Assembly: GCA_963790475.1 (NCBI GenBank)
Contig: CAWBOS010000012.1
Location: 1,216,001 to 1,280,000 of the forward strand
Direction of reading: 5' to 3'
DNA: 64,000 bases
From: an uncultured delta proteobacterium
Lineage (GTDB): Bacteria; Desulfobacterota; RBG-13-43-22
Position 1 is the stretch's first letter; each line of letters starts with the position of its first letter. The notes beneath the pieces are model-generated. The model ran no database searches and had not been told where the DNA came from. It saw only the letters and a program-made list of their open reading frames with translations. Of the stretch, positions 37,454 through 47,330 are shown piece by piece. The position numbers were made by a program, and so were the translations under genes.

Positions 37454-38245
37454 TTAAGGTTTTAGGCATTGAATAAATCTGAATCCGGCATCAAAAGACG
37501 TCTGATTTCTCAAATAACCGTATTCTCTATCCCACTTTCCGGTTTCCAAATCGTTTTTCAGGGCATCAACCCCTTTTTGAACCATATTTTTTGAAGCCAG
37601 GGCCAGTCCGGATACGTTCTGTCTGAACTGAGGGTCTAAGTATATTTCCGGTCTATTCCATCCGGCGTACATATTCTTATCCGATAAATCATGGGGCAAG
37701 GGAAATTTCCGTATCGATTTTTCCCATTGCCCTTCATGGGCAATCTTATCCGCCACTTCATTAATCGGCGGAAAGGAAGAGAAATCCTTTTGATAAGCTT
37801 CGGGAAAATAGTTCTTGAACCAAGGCTCTTCCCCTTGCCGGGGATCAAAGGTAAACACGACAATCGGACCTTTAGGACAAATTCTACAAATTTCTTTGGC
37901 CGCCGATGGGACGGAAGGAAAATGATGCAGGGCTAAAACAATGATCACCCCGTCTACCGAATTATCAGATAATGGGATTGTTTCGGCAGAACCCGAATAC
38001 CATTGGACATTAAAATGCGGTTTACCCTGCCTTTGCATTTCTTGGGAAGGTTCGATCGCCTTGATTCTATATCCGAGATCAGCCAGAGCGTTGGCATAAT
38101 TACCCGTTCCGGCGCCGATATCGGCAATGATGGAGCCGGTCGGGAGGTTCAATAATTCAATAATTTTCTTGATAATATTGGGGTCGGCCGTTCGATTGAT
38201 TTGGTAATTTTTACCTATGGTATCGTAAACTCTTCCGCTCATCAT
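37454..38245 (-). CDS. Class I SAM-dependent methyltransferase
   Basis: IADIGAGTGNY, AIEPS, AETIPL, LALHHF. Confidence 0.9.
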   Translation of the reverse strand: MMSGRVYDTIGKNYQINRTADPNIIKKIIELLNLPTGSIIADIGAGTGNYANALADLGYRIKAIEPSQEMQRQGKPHFNVQWYSGSAETIPLSDNSVDGVIIVLALHHFPSVPSAAKEICRICPKGPIVVFTFDPRQGEEPWFKNYFPEAYQKDFSSFPPINEVADKIAHEGQWEKSIRKFPLPHDLSDKNMYAGWNRPEIYLDPQFRQNVSGLALASKNMVQKGVDALKNDLETGKWDREYGYLRNQTSFDAGFRFIQCLKP

Positions 38246-38435
38246 TAAAACCCTGAGGTCTTCGAATAATTGAAAAACATTACCAGGAAAATAAAAAAAT
38301 AGCAAAAGATCCAATAAAGTTTTTGGGTTTTTCGGTATTTTCTTCGCCAACAAATTGGCTTGACAGACAAAAGAGCCTTCTCCTATACTCCAATATTTCA
38401 TAAGAAATTTTTATCGAACTGAGGAGAAACCCTCC

Positions 38436-39427
38436 ATGACAGCGGATTATGCTCTAAAGACTCCGACCCTAGGCGAACCCCTGGTTGAAACCATGACCGG
38501 TCCCATTAGTACGGCCGAACTCGGGTTCACCCTTATGCACGAGCACATCATTGTACAATCGGAGGGTATGGCTAATAATTTCCCGGGTGTCTGGAACCGC
38601 AAGGCAGTTCTGGAAAAGGCCCTGGAGATGCTCACGGCCCTTAAAGCCAAAGGGGTGGACACCATCGTTGATCTGACCGTGCTTGGTCTGGGGCGTGATA
38701 TCCCCCTATTACTGCCGGTAGTCAGGCAGGCAGGGATTCAAGTCATCACCGCTACCGGTCTCTACACTTTTAACGACCTGCCGACCTTCTTCCGGAACCG
38801 CGACGCCAACGAAATGGCTGACCTCTTTGTGGGGGATATTTTGGAAGGAATTCAGGGGACCGGGATCAAGGCAGCCATCTTAAAGTGCGCTACCGATGCC
38901 CCCGGTGTTACCCCTGGAGTAGAAAAACTGTTGCGAGCCGTGGCTCGTGCCCATCTGCGCACCGGTGTGCCCATCAGCACCCATACCCATGCCGCCACCC
39001 GGCGCGGTCTGGGACAGCAGGACCTTTTTGAGTCGGAAGGGGTAGATCTGACACGCGTTATCATCGGTCATAGTGGAGACAGCGACGACCTGGGTTACCT
39101 GACAGAACTGCTCGACCGCGGCTCCTATATCGGTATGGATCGTTTCGGTCTCGATATCTTTTTACCCGAGGAAAAACGTATCGCTACCATAGCCAAGCTC
39201 TGTCAAATGGGCTGGGCCGAGCGAATGGTCCTTTCTCATGACGCCATGGTCTATTTTGACGCATATGAATTGGGGTCCATCGAGTCCGCCCGACCCGGTG
39301 GAACTATTTCAACATCGTAGATAACATCATCCCCAAGCTTTTAGGGGCGGGGGTCAGCCCAAGGCAGATCGCAATCATGACCAGGGAAAATCCCCGCCGC
39401 ATCTTCGAGAACGTAGGAAAATACTGA
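38436..39427 (+). pseudogene. Phosphotriesterase-related protein, frameshifted near 39290
   Basis: TLMHEH, ILKCA, STHTH, IGH, LSHD; the expected C-terminus (WNYFNIVDNIIPKL...ENPRRIF) is in another frame ending at 39427. Confidence 0.8.
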
Positions 39428-39518
39428 CTCTGACTCTTTTTTGCTTAGTGTACCACGAGACAGGAAAAGGGTGAATCAAAAATAAATTTATCCAATCATT
39501 TATTGAACGGAGAAACGC

Positions 39519-40811
39519 ATGTCTGTTGAACTATCTGATATCCTGGAGATTGTTGAAAAACAAAATCAGTGGCGGGGCCGGGAGACCCTGAACATGATTG
39601 CCAGTGAAAACACCCAATCTCCTGCCGTGCGCCAAATCGAGTGCAATGATTTTATGGGACGTTATGCAGAAGGGCACCCCAACACCGAAACCTCTACCAA
39701 CCGATATTACGAAGGAACGGCTTATATTGATCAGCTTGAAAGCATGGCTACCAAAGAGATGATGGATCTGGCTCATTGTACCCATGCCGACGTGAGGCCC
39801 ATCAGCGGGAATCAGGCCAATACGGCCGTCGCCCTGGCCCTTTTGCGGGGGGGAGATACCGTCATCGTCAATTCAATCGATACCGGCGGTCACATCAGCC
39901 ATAACCCCATCGGTATCGTCGGCCGTCGAATTCAGATACGCGGGCAGGCATTGACCGTGGGAAGTGAAGATTCCATATCCCTCCATTATTGGCCTACTAC
40001 CCCGGACGGTTATCATATGGACGTCGCCAAGGGAGTAGCCCTGGTTGAGAGAACATCCCCCAAAATGGTGGTCCTGGGCAAAAGCCTTTTTTTGTTTCCT
40101 GAACCGGTGAAAGAAATCGCCGAAATTTGCCGGGCTAAAAATATTCCTGTTCTCTATGACGCCGCCCATGTCTTGGGGTTGATCCTTGGCGGTCAGTTCC
40201 AGGATCCTTTCCGTGAAGGGGTCCATTTTATAGCTGCCAGCGTCCATAAAACCTTCCCCGGGCCTCAACGAGGTGTCATACTCGGAAACTGCCAATCGGA
40301 AATCGAGTTAAATTGGTGGTCGAGTATAGACCGTGGGATCATGCCCGGGTCTTCCAGCAATCATCATCTGCATACCATCCCCGGGCTTTTGGTGGCCATC
40401 CGCGAAATGAAAGCCTTCGGCCAGGCCTACGCCCGACAGATCGTTTCCAACGCCAAGTCCTTGGGCCGGGCTTTTTCAGAAAACCATATCCAGGTTGAAG
40501 GCGAAGAGTTCGGGTTTACTGAAAGTCATCAGATCGCTTTAAAAGTTTCCAAATACGGACCGGCAAAAGAAATCGCCCGGCAATTGTCTGAGAATAATAT
40601 TATTGTCAATTATAATCTCTTGCCGGGAGATCAGGACCCAAAAAATCCTACCGGTCTTCGGATAGGGGTCCAGGAACTGACCCGATTTGGTATGAAGGAA
40701 ACCGAAATGGGAGAAGTGGCAGGCTTATTCGGCGCTGTTCTTGGAGGGAAACAAGTTAAGGAAGAAGTCATTCAATTAAAGAACCGCTTTCAGGAGATGC
40801 ATTATTGTTGA
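39519..40811 (+). CDS. glyA: Serine hydroxymethyltransferase (archaeal-like)
   Basis: NMIASEN, RYAEG, RYYEG, GGHISH, YDAAH, SVHKTFPGPQ, SNHHLH, GLRIG. Confidence 0.85.
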   Translation: MSVELSDILEIVEKQNQWRGRETLNMIASENTQSPAVRQIECNDFMGRYAEGHPNTETSTNRYYEGTAYIDQLESMATKEMMDLAHCTHADVRPISGNQANTAVALALLRGGDTVIVNSIDTGGHISHNPIGIVGRRIQIRGQALTVGSEDSISLHYWPTTPDGYHMDVAKGVALVERTSPKMVVLGKSLFLFPEPVKEIAEICRAKNIPVLYDAAHVLGLILGGQFQDPFREGVHFIAASVHKTFPGPQRGVILGNCQSEIELNWWSSIDRGIMPGSSSNHHLHTIPGLLVAIREMKAFGQAYARQIVSNAKSLGRAFSENHIQVEGEEFGFTESHQIALKVSKYGPAKEIARQLSENNIIVNYNLLPGDQDPKNPTGLRIGVQELTRFGMKETEMGEVAGLFGAVLGGKQVKEEVIQLKNRFQEMHYC

Positions 40812-41261
40812 CCGGCTCTGGTCCAATCTCTTTGACATAAAGAGAATTTCGAACGGGAAATGGGGGGAATGGGCCTTTCTTAATTCAATAAAACCGATTT
40901 TCTTGTACCAGTCCTTCAGCTCGAAGTGTTCGGCGATAATACCGATATCAACCTGGCGTGCACCTGACAACCGAGCTTCCTCAAGAACATGATCTACGAG
41001 CGCCCGGCCAAAACCTTGACGTTGGTGGGCCGGAAGGACGGCCAGCCGTTCCAGATAACAGACCTCAGGGCCGGCCCGTTCCAGGGCCACACAACCACAA
41101 AAATCCCCATCCAAGTCGAGGATGAAATACCGGACTCCCTTTGCGAGGGCCTCCTTGATCCAGTCGGGTTTGCAGTTGGAGGGGTGCTTCGGGCAGTTGG
41201 CTTCGGTCAGGCCGAAACGGACGGCCACCTCAAAAAACGCATTTCTGATACTCCCGACCAT
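40776..41261 (-). CDS. GNAT N-acetyltransferase; true start uncertain
   Basis: YLERLAVLP..QRQGFG...WYKKIGF. Confidence 0.85.
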   Translation of the reverse strand: MVGSIRNAFFEVAVRFGLTEANCPKHPSNCKPDWIKEALAKGVRYFILDLDGDFCGCVALERAGPEVCYLERLAVLPAHQRQGFGRALVDHVLEEARLSGARQVDIGIIAEHFELKDWYKKIGFIELRKAHSPHFPFEILFMSKRLDQSRSTIMHLLKAVL

Positions 41262-41311
41262 CCTGGGAATGTCCGCTGTATCCGCCTGTCTGATTGAATA
41301 TGATATAATAT

Positions 41312-41510
41312 TTGAGGTTTTGAAAATCTCTCAAATTTCGTCACACCGGCGAACCCCGGATCAGGTCCGGGGCAGGAGCCGGTGTCCAGACATCGTCCCG
41401 GCGAAAGCCGGGAACCAGTTCCATCTTCCTGGATTCCGGCTGGAGATTATCCCACACCGGGACCGGAATGACTCCAAAGGGTATTCCCCGATTTGTTACG
41501 AATCCAATAA
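41312..41510. repeat. Composite palindromic REP/MITE-like element
   Basis: GTCACACCGGCG...GCCGGTGTCCAG, CCCGGCGAAAGCCGGG and CTGGATTCCGGC...CCGGAATGAC nested hairpins. Confidence 0.75.
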
Positions 41511-41754
41511 CTTTTATTGCATACTCTCTTTTCTTCTAATGATCAATGCCCTATCTTGCCTACAAAGTTATAGTTAAGATCTATTTTTTCCCGTTGAAAA
41601 TTATTTAAAATCTTGGTAAAAACCTTTAATCATTGTAATAAGTTTTGAAACACCGGTGAAGGGAATACCTCTATGCCGGACATCAGCAAAACTCAACACC
41701 GAATTTCTCCTGCCCAAAATATCCGATAGCATCCACTTTTCGAAAGGGAGCTAT

Positions 41755-42019
41755 TGTGAAAAATCACCTGAACAAACTCACCGACTTGGGGAAAATAGTT
41801 GGCTATTGGGAACAAAATTTTCCTGAAGAACCTACACGGTGGACGATAGAATAAAGGGATATTAAGCCGTTTTTATTGGACAGAGGTTTTATCATCATCG
41901 ATCATCTACAAGCCAAAACCGATCAAATCCAGAGGAAGTATATTAGATCTCGTGATGGATTGTCTGTGGGGCAGGTACCGCCCTTTGTCGGTCTCGTGAC
42001 TGCAGCCGTTGCGCCTTAA
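41755..42019 (+). pseudogene. Remnant of an LCM-type SAM methyltransferase C-terminus
   Basis: EEPTRWTIE*RDIKPFLLDRGFIIIDHL...RKYIRSRDG..VGQVPPF; internal stop, no intact start. Confidence 0.45.
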
Positions 42020-42087
42020 CTGAAATAAATCGAAGGCCCTTTTTTATTCTGGGCTATTCTCGGACAGATCAGGAGTTCAAAAAAGAT

Positions 42088-42909
42088 CTAAAACCCTCTG
42101 CCGGTTACCTCAGTATAACGTTTAAGAAAAGACTTAACCATATTTTCAGAAGAAAATTGTTGTTGGGTTCTTTGGGCACTGGGACTTTCTTCCCCGAAGA
42201 TCTGTTCTCTTATGGCGGATGTGTTCAGGCCTTTTTTATACAGGTCTTCAACTTTATTTCCTAAATCTTCCAGATGAGCGATAACCATATTCAGCTTTTC
42301 CCCGGGTTCAACTATGATATTACCCGGAGCCGGAAAAAGAATTCTGGGATTTAACTCACGAATGGTCTTGAGGTCTTCAAGGATTTGCCACTGGTCATCC
42401 ATGGGACGGCAAACCACCGGTCTGGTGCCGACAAAAAGGTCCCCGGAAAAGAGCAAGCCTTTTTGACGCTCAAACAAACAGACATGGTCGCGGTCATGTC
42501 CCGGCGTTGGGATGACTTCAAATAAGAACGTTTTGGTGCTGATGCTTTTACCCAGCGGTTTAACCTGGCTGGGAACAGGGTAGCCCCAGACCTCTTCCTG
42601 ATAAGGATAGAGATCGGCCGGTTTATTGATTTTGTCCACTGAAAGGGGGGGCGCGAAGATCTCGACCCCATAACGTTCCTGAAGGAATCGGTTGGCTGCT
42701 ATATGATCCTCATGAAAGTGGGTATTGACAACGATTCTAACCAGCTTATCATTTAGAAAATCAGTTAATTCTTCAGCCGTGTGGGCAGGGCCGCTATCGA
42801 TCAAAAGGCCGTCTACCAGATAGGCGGACACGGTTGCGGCGGGAATGAGTTCAGTATATCGGCAGAGTTTTATCTGCAGAACTTCTTCAAATTCCTGGGT
42901 GGCGATCAT
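42088..42909 (-). CDS. MBL-fold metallo-hydrolase
   Basis: LIDSG, NTHFHEDH, TPGH, FSGD. Confidence 0.9.
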   Translation of the reverse strand: MIATQEFEEVLQIKLCRYTELIPAATVSAYLVDGLLIDSGPAHTAEELTDFLNDKLVRIVVNTHFHEDHIAANRFLQERYGVEIFAPPLSVDKINKPADLYPYQEEVWGYPVPSQVKPLGKSISTKTFLFEVIPTPGHDRDHVCLFERQKGLLFSGDLFVGTRPVVCRPMDDQWQILEDLKTIRELNPRILFPAPGNIIVEPGEKLNMVIAHLEDLGNKVEDLYKKGLNTSAIREQIFGEESPSAQRTQQQFSSENMVKSFLKRYTEVTGRGF

Positions 42910-42934
42910 CAGGCTTGCCTTGATAAGATGGAAA

Positions 42935-43180
42935 TCAGCCGCCTCCCAAGACGGGAAGCAATAGGACCTGATCACTCTCATTTAAGATTGATTGAAAGGA
43001 GGCCTGTTTTTGATTAATCAGGACGACGACCTGCTCACTTTTTAGGAGTTGATTGTCAAATTGGATACCAAGGGAATTCAATAAGTCCGATACCGAGGCC
43101 CCATCGATCAAATCAACGGCTACTCGGTCCGTACCCACGATTTGACCCAAAAAAGAGAATAATTTAACGGTCACTTGCAT
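42935..43180 (-). CDS. MoaD/ThiS sulfur carrier
   Basis: 81 aa, VTVKLF start, C-terminal GG. Confidence 0.88.
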   Translation of the reverse strand: MQVTVKLFSFLGQIVGTDRVAVDLIDGASVSDLLNSLGIQFDNQLLKSEQVVVLINQKQASFQSILNESDQVLLLPVLGGG

Positions 43181-43241
43181 CGTCTAATGCTCTTTCACCC
43201 GAATGGGGGAGAAAATATATTGTCGCAACCCTTACAAATCA

Positions 43242-43290
43242 AGGCAAAAGGGAATTGTTTGACATCCTGCCAATCAATTCCCCTTTGCCT
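43242..43290. terminator. Hairpin, probable terminator
   Basis: AGGCAAAAGGGAATTG...CAATTCCCCTTTGCCT. Confidence 0.55.
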
Positions 43291-43333
43291 CAAACAGATG
43301 GACTGCTATTCACCCCGATGAAGCTTTAACCTC

Positions 43334-43711
43334 TTATCTCCACCTTCCGTCCCGGTGATGTCTAGGGCCACGGTCATATCTGTGTCTATGGTCATATCTA
43401 TGCCCCCTGGGCCTGTCCCAGTGGCCGGGATATCTATGATGTCCTCGAGAATATCCGGGTACCCAAACCCATCCCGGATGGGGAGGTAGTCCTGGTACAA
43501 CAACAACCGGTGGTCCCGGGGGAAGGGGCGGCACCAGAACGGGCGGAGGTCCCGGGGGTAAAGGTGGATGGGGAGGTAACGGGATGGGCGGCCCGGCTAT
43601 CCCGTTACCTGCAAAGAGGAGAGAAAAAGCCCCTATCGACATTAATATACCCAGGGTTCTGAACCACCCTGCCAACAAGCCTTTCTTCCTGTTTTTTAAA
43701 ACTGATTTCAT
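43334..43711 (-). CDS. Secreted Pro-rich / His-Arg-rich low-complexity protein
   Basis: GGAGG RBS, signal peptide, PPLPPGPP repeats, GWVWVPGY...PGHW, HRYD repeats. Confidence 0.75.
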   Translation of the reverse strand: MKSVLKNRKKGLLAGWFRTLGILMSIGAFSLLFAGNGIAGPPIPLPPHPPLPPGPPPVLVPPLPPGPPVVVVPGLPPHPGWVWVPGYSRGHHRYPGHWDRPRGHRYDHRHRYDRGPRHHRDGRWR

Positions 43712-43727
43712 AAGCGCCTCCTGATGA

Positions 43728-45590
43728 TTACCCGTGAAGATCTTTGATCACATCATCCATGCCACCCAGGGCTTCGAGGGATTGCCGACTTGGTTTTCCG
43801 GTTTCTGAATCCCAGTCCATGGCGGCAAAAAAGTTTTTTGCCAAAGCCTGGTGATCGATCGTGACACCCGCGACAGGACCTTCAGTCTGAGCAGGTTCAC
43901 CGACCAACCTTTTAGGCAGCGCAACCTCGGATGGTTTTTGACCTTCCCTAAGGTTGAAGACATGTCTCATGTTAAAAATTCGAATCCCGGTTTCCTTCAA
44001 AAAAGTATCATTAACATCCCAGCCGGTCACGGCCGCCAACATTTTTGGAGCCAAGTCACGAACACCAAGAAACCCGCTGAATAGACAGATCCCGGTGGCA
44101 TTGAGGATCTCCATGCGGCCGGTCATGGTGACATCCGTGGGGCCGGTGTTAATGCTGAAATCGTACTTGTTGGGCCGGCCGGCCTGTCCTTGCCACATCC
44201 CGCCCTTCACATGACGGGCAGGAGTGGGATCAATTTGATAGGTTCGGGCGTAACCCGGGGTGAGCCTGGAATCATGCATGGGTAATTCAATCCCTTTCAC
44301 GGTCTGCAGGTATTCAAAACCCTTGCCTAACTTTTCAGCAGCCGCCGCGGAACCCAGAGCGAGTATCTTGCCCAGACCGGTCTGTTCGGCTATGGCTTGG
44401 GTCATGGCCACAATGGCCTTGGCATTACCCCAGGTCAGTTCGATACCGCCGGTCTCTTGTTTATTAAAAGTCCCGTTCTCAAAGCATTCGATCGCCCAGG
44501 CCACGGTTGCACCCACCGAGATGGTGTCCAGGCCATAGCGGTTGCAAATATCATTACATTTTATGATCGATTCCACATTGTCATTCAAGCACAAAGTGCC
44601 AAAGGCTCCCGAGGTCTCATATTCGGGACGGTAGGTCTCCTTGAGGGGCCAGGGGCCGTCTTTGACTTCATAATCGGCTCCGCATCCCACAATGCAATTG
44701 GCGCAGGCATATTTTTTGGTTCTGAACTTCTTGTCCATATTGGCCGCGTCCAGTTTATGAGCCTTTTCTTCTCCGAAGTCGACAATACCGATGCCTCCCC
44801 AATTTTTTACCGGCGTATCCCCGGAAAGGGCATTGGCCCCGGTTCCCATCCCCGTCCCTAATTGAGCAAAGACTTGGGCAATTGAGGCCATGGGGCCTTC
44901 TTTCATGGCGGTTTGTAAAGATTGGTTGATCTCTTTCAATTTTTCCGGATCGGCTACCGGAATCGGTCCCGTTCCCCGGACTACGACGGCTTTTAGTTTT
45001 TTTGAACCCATGACCGCCCCGAGACCGCCACGACCGGCGGCCCGGTGATAGTCGTTCATGACGCAGGCCATCAGGGACAGCTTTTCTCCCGAAGGCCCGA
45101 TGAGGGCGGCGCGAAGCATCTTGTCGCCGATTTCTTCCACCAGGGCTTCATGAGTCTCGACGGCGTCTTTGCCCCACAACTTGGAGCCATCCCGGATCTC
45201 AGCCTTCCCATCCTTGATCCAGAGATAGACCGGTTTATCCGAGGCCCCGGAGACAAACACCGCATCGAATCCGGCTTTTTTAAGTTCCGGAGCAAAAAAG
45301 CCGCCGGAGTTGGCATCATTCCACCCGCCGGTGACCGGTGATTTGCAGACAACGGTGTATCGAGCCCCCAAAAAGGCGCCGGTTCCGTTCAACGGCCCGG
45401 TCACAAATCCAATGACATTATCCGGTCCTAATGGGTCAACCCCTGGTTTCATCAGGTCATAGAGAACCCGGGCTCCGATTCCATACCCACCGATAAATCG
45501 TTTGGCCATTTCCTCGGTGAGTTCCTTTTCTTCGATCTTTCCTTTGGTCAGATCCACAAAAAGCATTTTGCCGGCATATCCGCCTTTCAT
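43728..45590 (-). CDS. aor: Aldehyde:ferredoxin oxidoreductase (W/Mo-pterin)
   Basis: GGYAGK..VDLT, KSPVTGG, AAGRGGLGAVMGSKKLKA, CANCIVGC, PEYE, GLDTIS. Confidence 0.93.
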   Translation of the reverse strand: MKGGYAGKMLFVDLTKGKIEEKELTEEMAKRFIGGYGIGARVLYDLMKPGVDPLGPDNVIGFVTGPLNGTGAFLGARYTVVCKSPVTGGWNDANSGGFFAPELKKAGFDAVFVSGASDKPVYLWIKDGKAEIRDGSKLWGKDAVETHEALVEEIGDKMLRAALIGPSGEKLSLMACVMNDYHRAAGRGGLGAVMGSKKLKAVVVRGTGPIPVADPEKLKEINQSLQTAMKEGPMASIAQVFAQLGTGMGTGANALSGDTPVKNWGGIGIVDFGEEKAHKLDAANMDKKFRTKKYACANCIVGCGADYEVKDGPWPLKETYRPEYETSGAFGTLCLNDNVESIIKCNDICNRYGLDTISVGATVAWAIECFENGTFNKQETGGIELTWGNAKAIVAMTQAIAEQTGLGKILALGSAAAAEKLGKGFEYLQTVKGIELPMHDSRLTPGYARTYQIDPTPARHVKGGMWQGQAGRPNKYDFSINTGPTDVTMTGRMEILNATGICLFSGFLGVRDLAPKMLAAVTGWDVNDTFLKETGIRIFNMRHVFNLREGQKPSEVALPKRLVGEPAQTEGPVAGVTIDHQALAKNFFAAMDWDSETGKPSRQSLEALGGMDDVIKDLHG

Positions 45591-46008
45591 ATCAATCCCT
45601 CCTCCAAAATTTTTACCTTCCTTGGGCTTTAGTTAAATGCCGCTGATATTCTTTCTATCAATAAGCAGATGGTAAATTATTCCCGATTTTCCGTCAACAA
45701 GATAAATCGTCAAATAAAGAGATCAGGGGATCAAGGGAGTTCCAAATCATGGGAATAGGCAGGGCCAATGAAAGGCAAGGCATCGGACGGCCATAGGAAA
45801 GAAGCATTTAAGAAGAATAGGCCTTAACCGGTTTGGAGGCATCTAAAAGGCAGGAGGCCTCGACCGATGGTTTTGGCTGGATGGTTTTGGAATAGGTTGA
45901 GGGTTTTAAAGATTTTCATAAATGTTGAGTTAGGGCAAAATCATCCCCCCTGTCGTTGGGGTAGTCAGGACAAGCCTGTTTTGGGGCTCGGTGAGCATCA
46001 AATTGACT

Positions 46009-46455
46009 TCAACCTTTTACCAGAAGAACCGGACATTTCACATTCCTTACCACCTTTTCCGCCACACTTCCGATAAGATGACCTAATAAGCCTGTCTTGC
46101 CGTGGGAGGCAATCACGATCAAATCTATCTTTTTTTCTTGTTGAGCTCTCAAAATTTCCTCGTAAGGGGTTCCTTTTCGGATATCGGCTATGATCTCAAT
46201 CGACTTTGAATCCGGAAATTTTGCCAGTTGTTCGGTAATCATCTTTTTGGCCGAAGAGACACTTTCATTCTCCACCTGATCAACCGTTTGCGGAGGAAGG
46301 CAATAATCGACCGTGCACTGTATGACTATTCCGATGACATGTAGCAGATAGATCTTACTCTTGAATTGTCTGGCGATATCTATCGCCTGTTGCAGGGCCT
46401 TGTCCGAATGCTCGGAAAAATCCGTTGGCACTAAAATACTTTTGGGGGAAAACAT
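46009..46455 (-). CDS. Universal stress protein
   Basis: ILVPTDFS, DLIVIASHGKTG, GSVAEKVV, CPVLLV. Confidence 0.93.
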   Translation of the reverse strand: MFSPKSILVPTDFSEHSDKALQQAIDIARQFKSKIYLLHVIGIVIQCTVDYCLPPQTVDQVENESVSSAKKMITEQLAKFPDSKSIEIIADIRKGTPYEEILRAQQEKKIDLIVIASHGKTGLLGHLIGSVAEKVVRNVKCPVLLVKG

Positions 46456-46530
46456 GTCGGGCCTCCTTAAAAATTAATAATTTAATGGATTGCCTCTCTT
46501 TAATCGGATTTCATTTATTATTGGACCTTG

Positions 46531-46947
46531 TTAATCACTTAACATTTTTCTTAATACCCCTTTTACCTCATTGATATCACTGTCGTGGTAGCTCAAGAAA
46601 CGAGGTCGCAAGTTGTGCCCTCTGGCAATCATTTGGCTTCCTCTTTCCGGAAGGATAAGTATTATGGGTATATCGTTTAATAGAAGTTTTTGCGATATCA
46701 AAGTATCAAGATCCTCCTGGCTATAGATAAAAAGGATTAAAACGGGCTTTTGAGCCAGCGGTTTTTGGAGTTTTGTTAACAGGCTCTCCATATCCCTATA
46801 AATTTTAACTTTTTTTCTCGGGATCCATGCCTCTAACGATTTTATCAGATCATTTTCCGAGTTGCTGACTTGGGTCGAAAAGAGAAGGATGTTTGTTTTT
46901 GATCGTAATCCCTTTCCCCCATTATTATTGATATCTGTAGTTTTCAT
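46531..46947 (-). CDS. Hypothetical protein, pseudo-receiver-like
   Basis: Alpha/beta pattern, IPIILILP...GHNLRPRFL; start placed downstream of the sigma-54 promoter. Confidence 0.6.
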   Translation of the reverse strand: MKTTDINNNGGKGLRSKTNILLFSTQVSNSENDLIKSLEAWIPRKKVKIYRDMESLLTKLQKPLAQKPVLILFIYSQEDLDTLISQKLLLNDIPIILILPERGSQMIARGHNLRPRFLSYHDSDINEVKGVLRKMLSD

Positions 46948-46966
46948 GATGTCTATTAAACGGTTA

Positions 46967-46982
46967 AGCAAGATGGATACCA
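46967..46982 (-). promoter_or_regulatory. Sigma-54 promoter
   Basis: TGGTATCCATCTTGCT (GG-N10-GC). Confidence 0.7.
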
Positions 46983-47330
46983 AGAAATGGTCTTGAGAGA
47001 AAAATATGAATATATTTAACGATTATTATAAGTTATAGCTAAAAGGAAAGGGATTGATTAAGACACAAATGAAGACGGTTTTCTCTTTCGGTAAGACAAC
47101 GTATCATTTAAAAAGATAAAGTCTTGGAGGATGTTATGAGACGAACATTCCGGTTGGCTGTTTCTGAAAGATGTTTGGGTGTAGGAGGTAAGATTCTTCC
47201 TCAATAAGGCATCTCGGCTCTGACGATGACTGACCTAAAAGCAGTATTCGAAGCAGTGGGCTACACATCATTTATTGTCAACCGCTTCCAGGTCTGACGG
47301 TTGAATGGGAAGGGAAGGACTGGGATGGGC

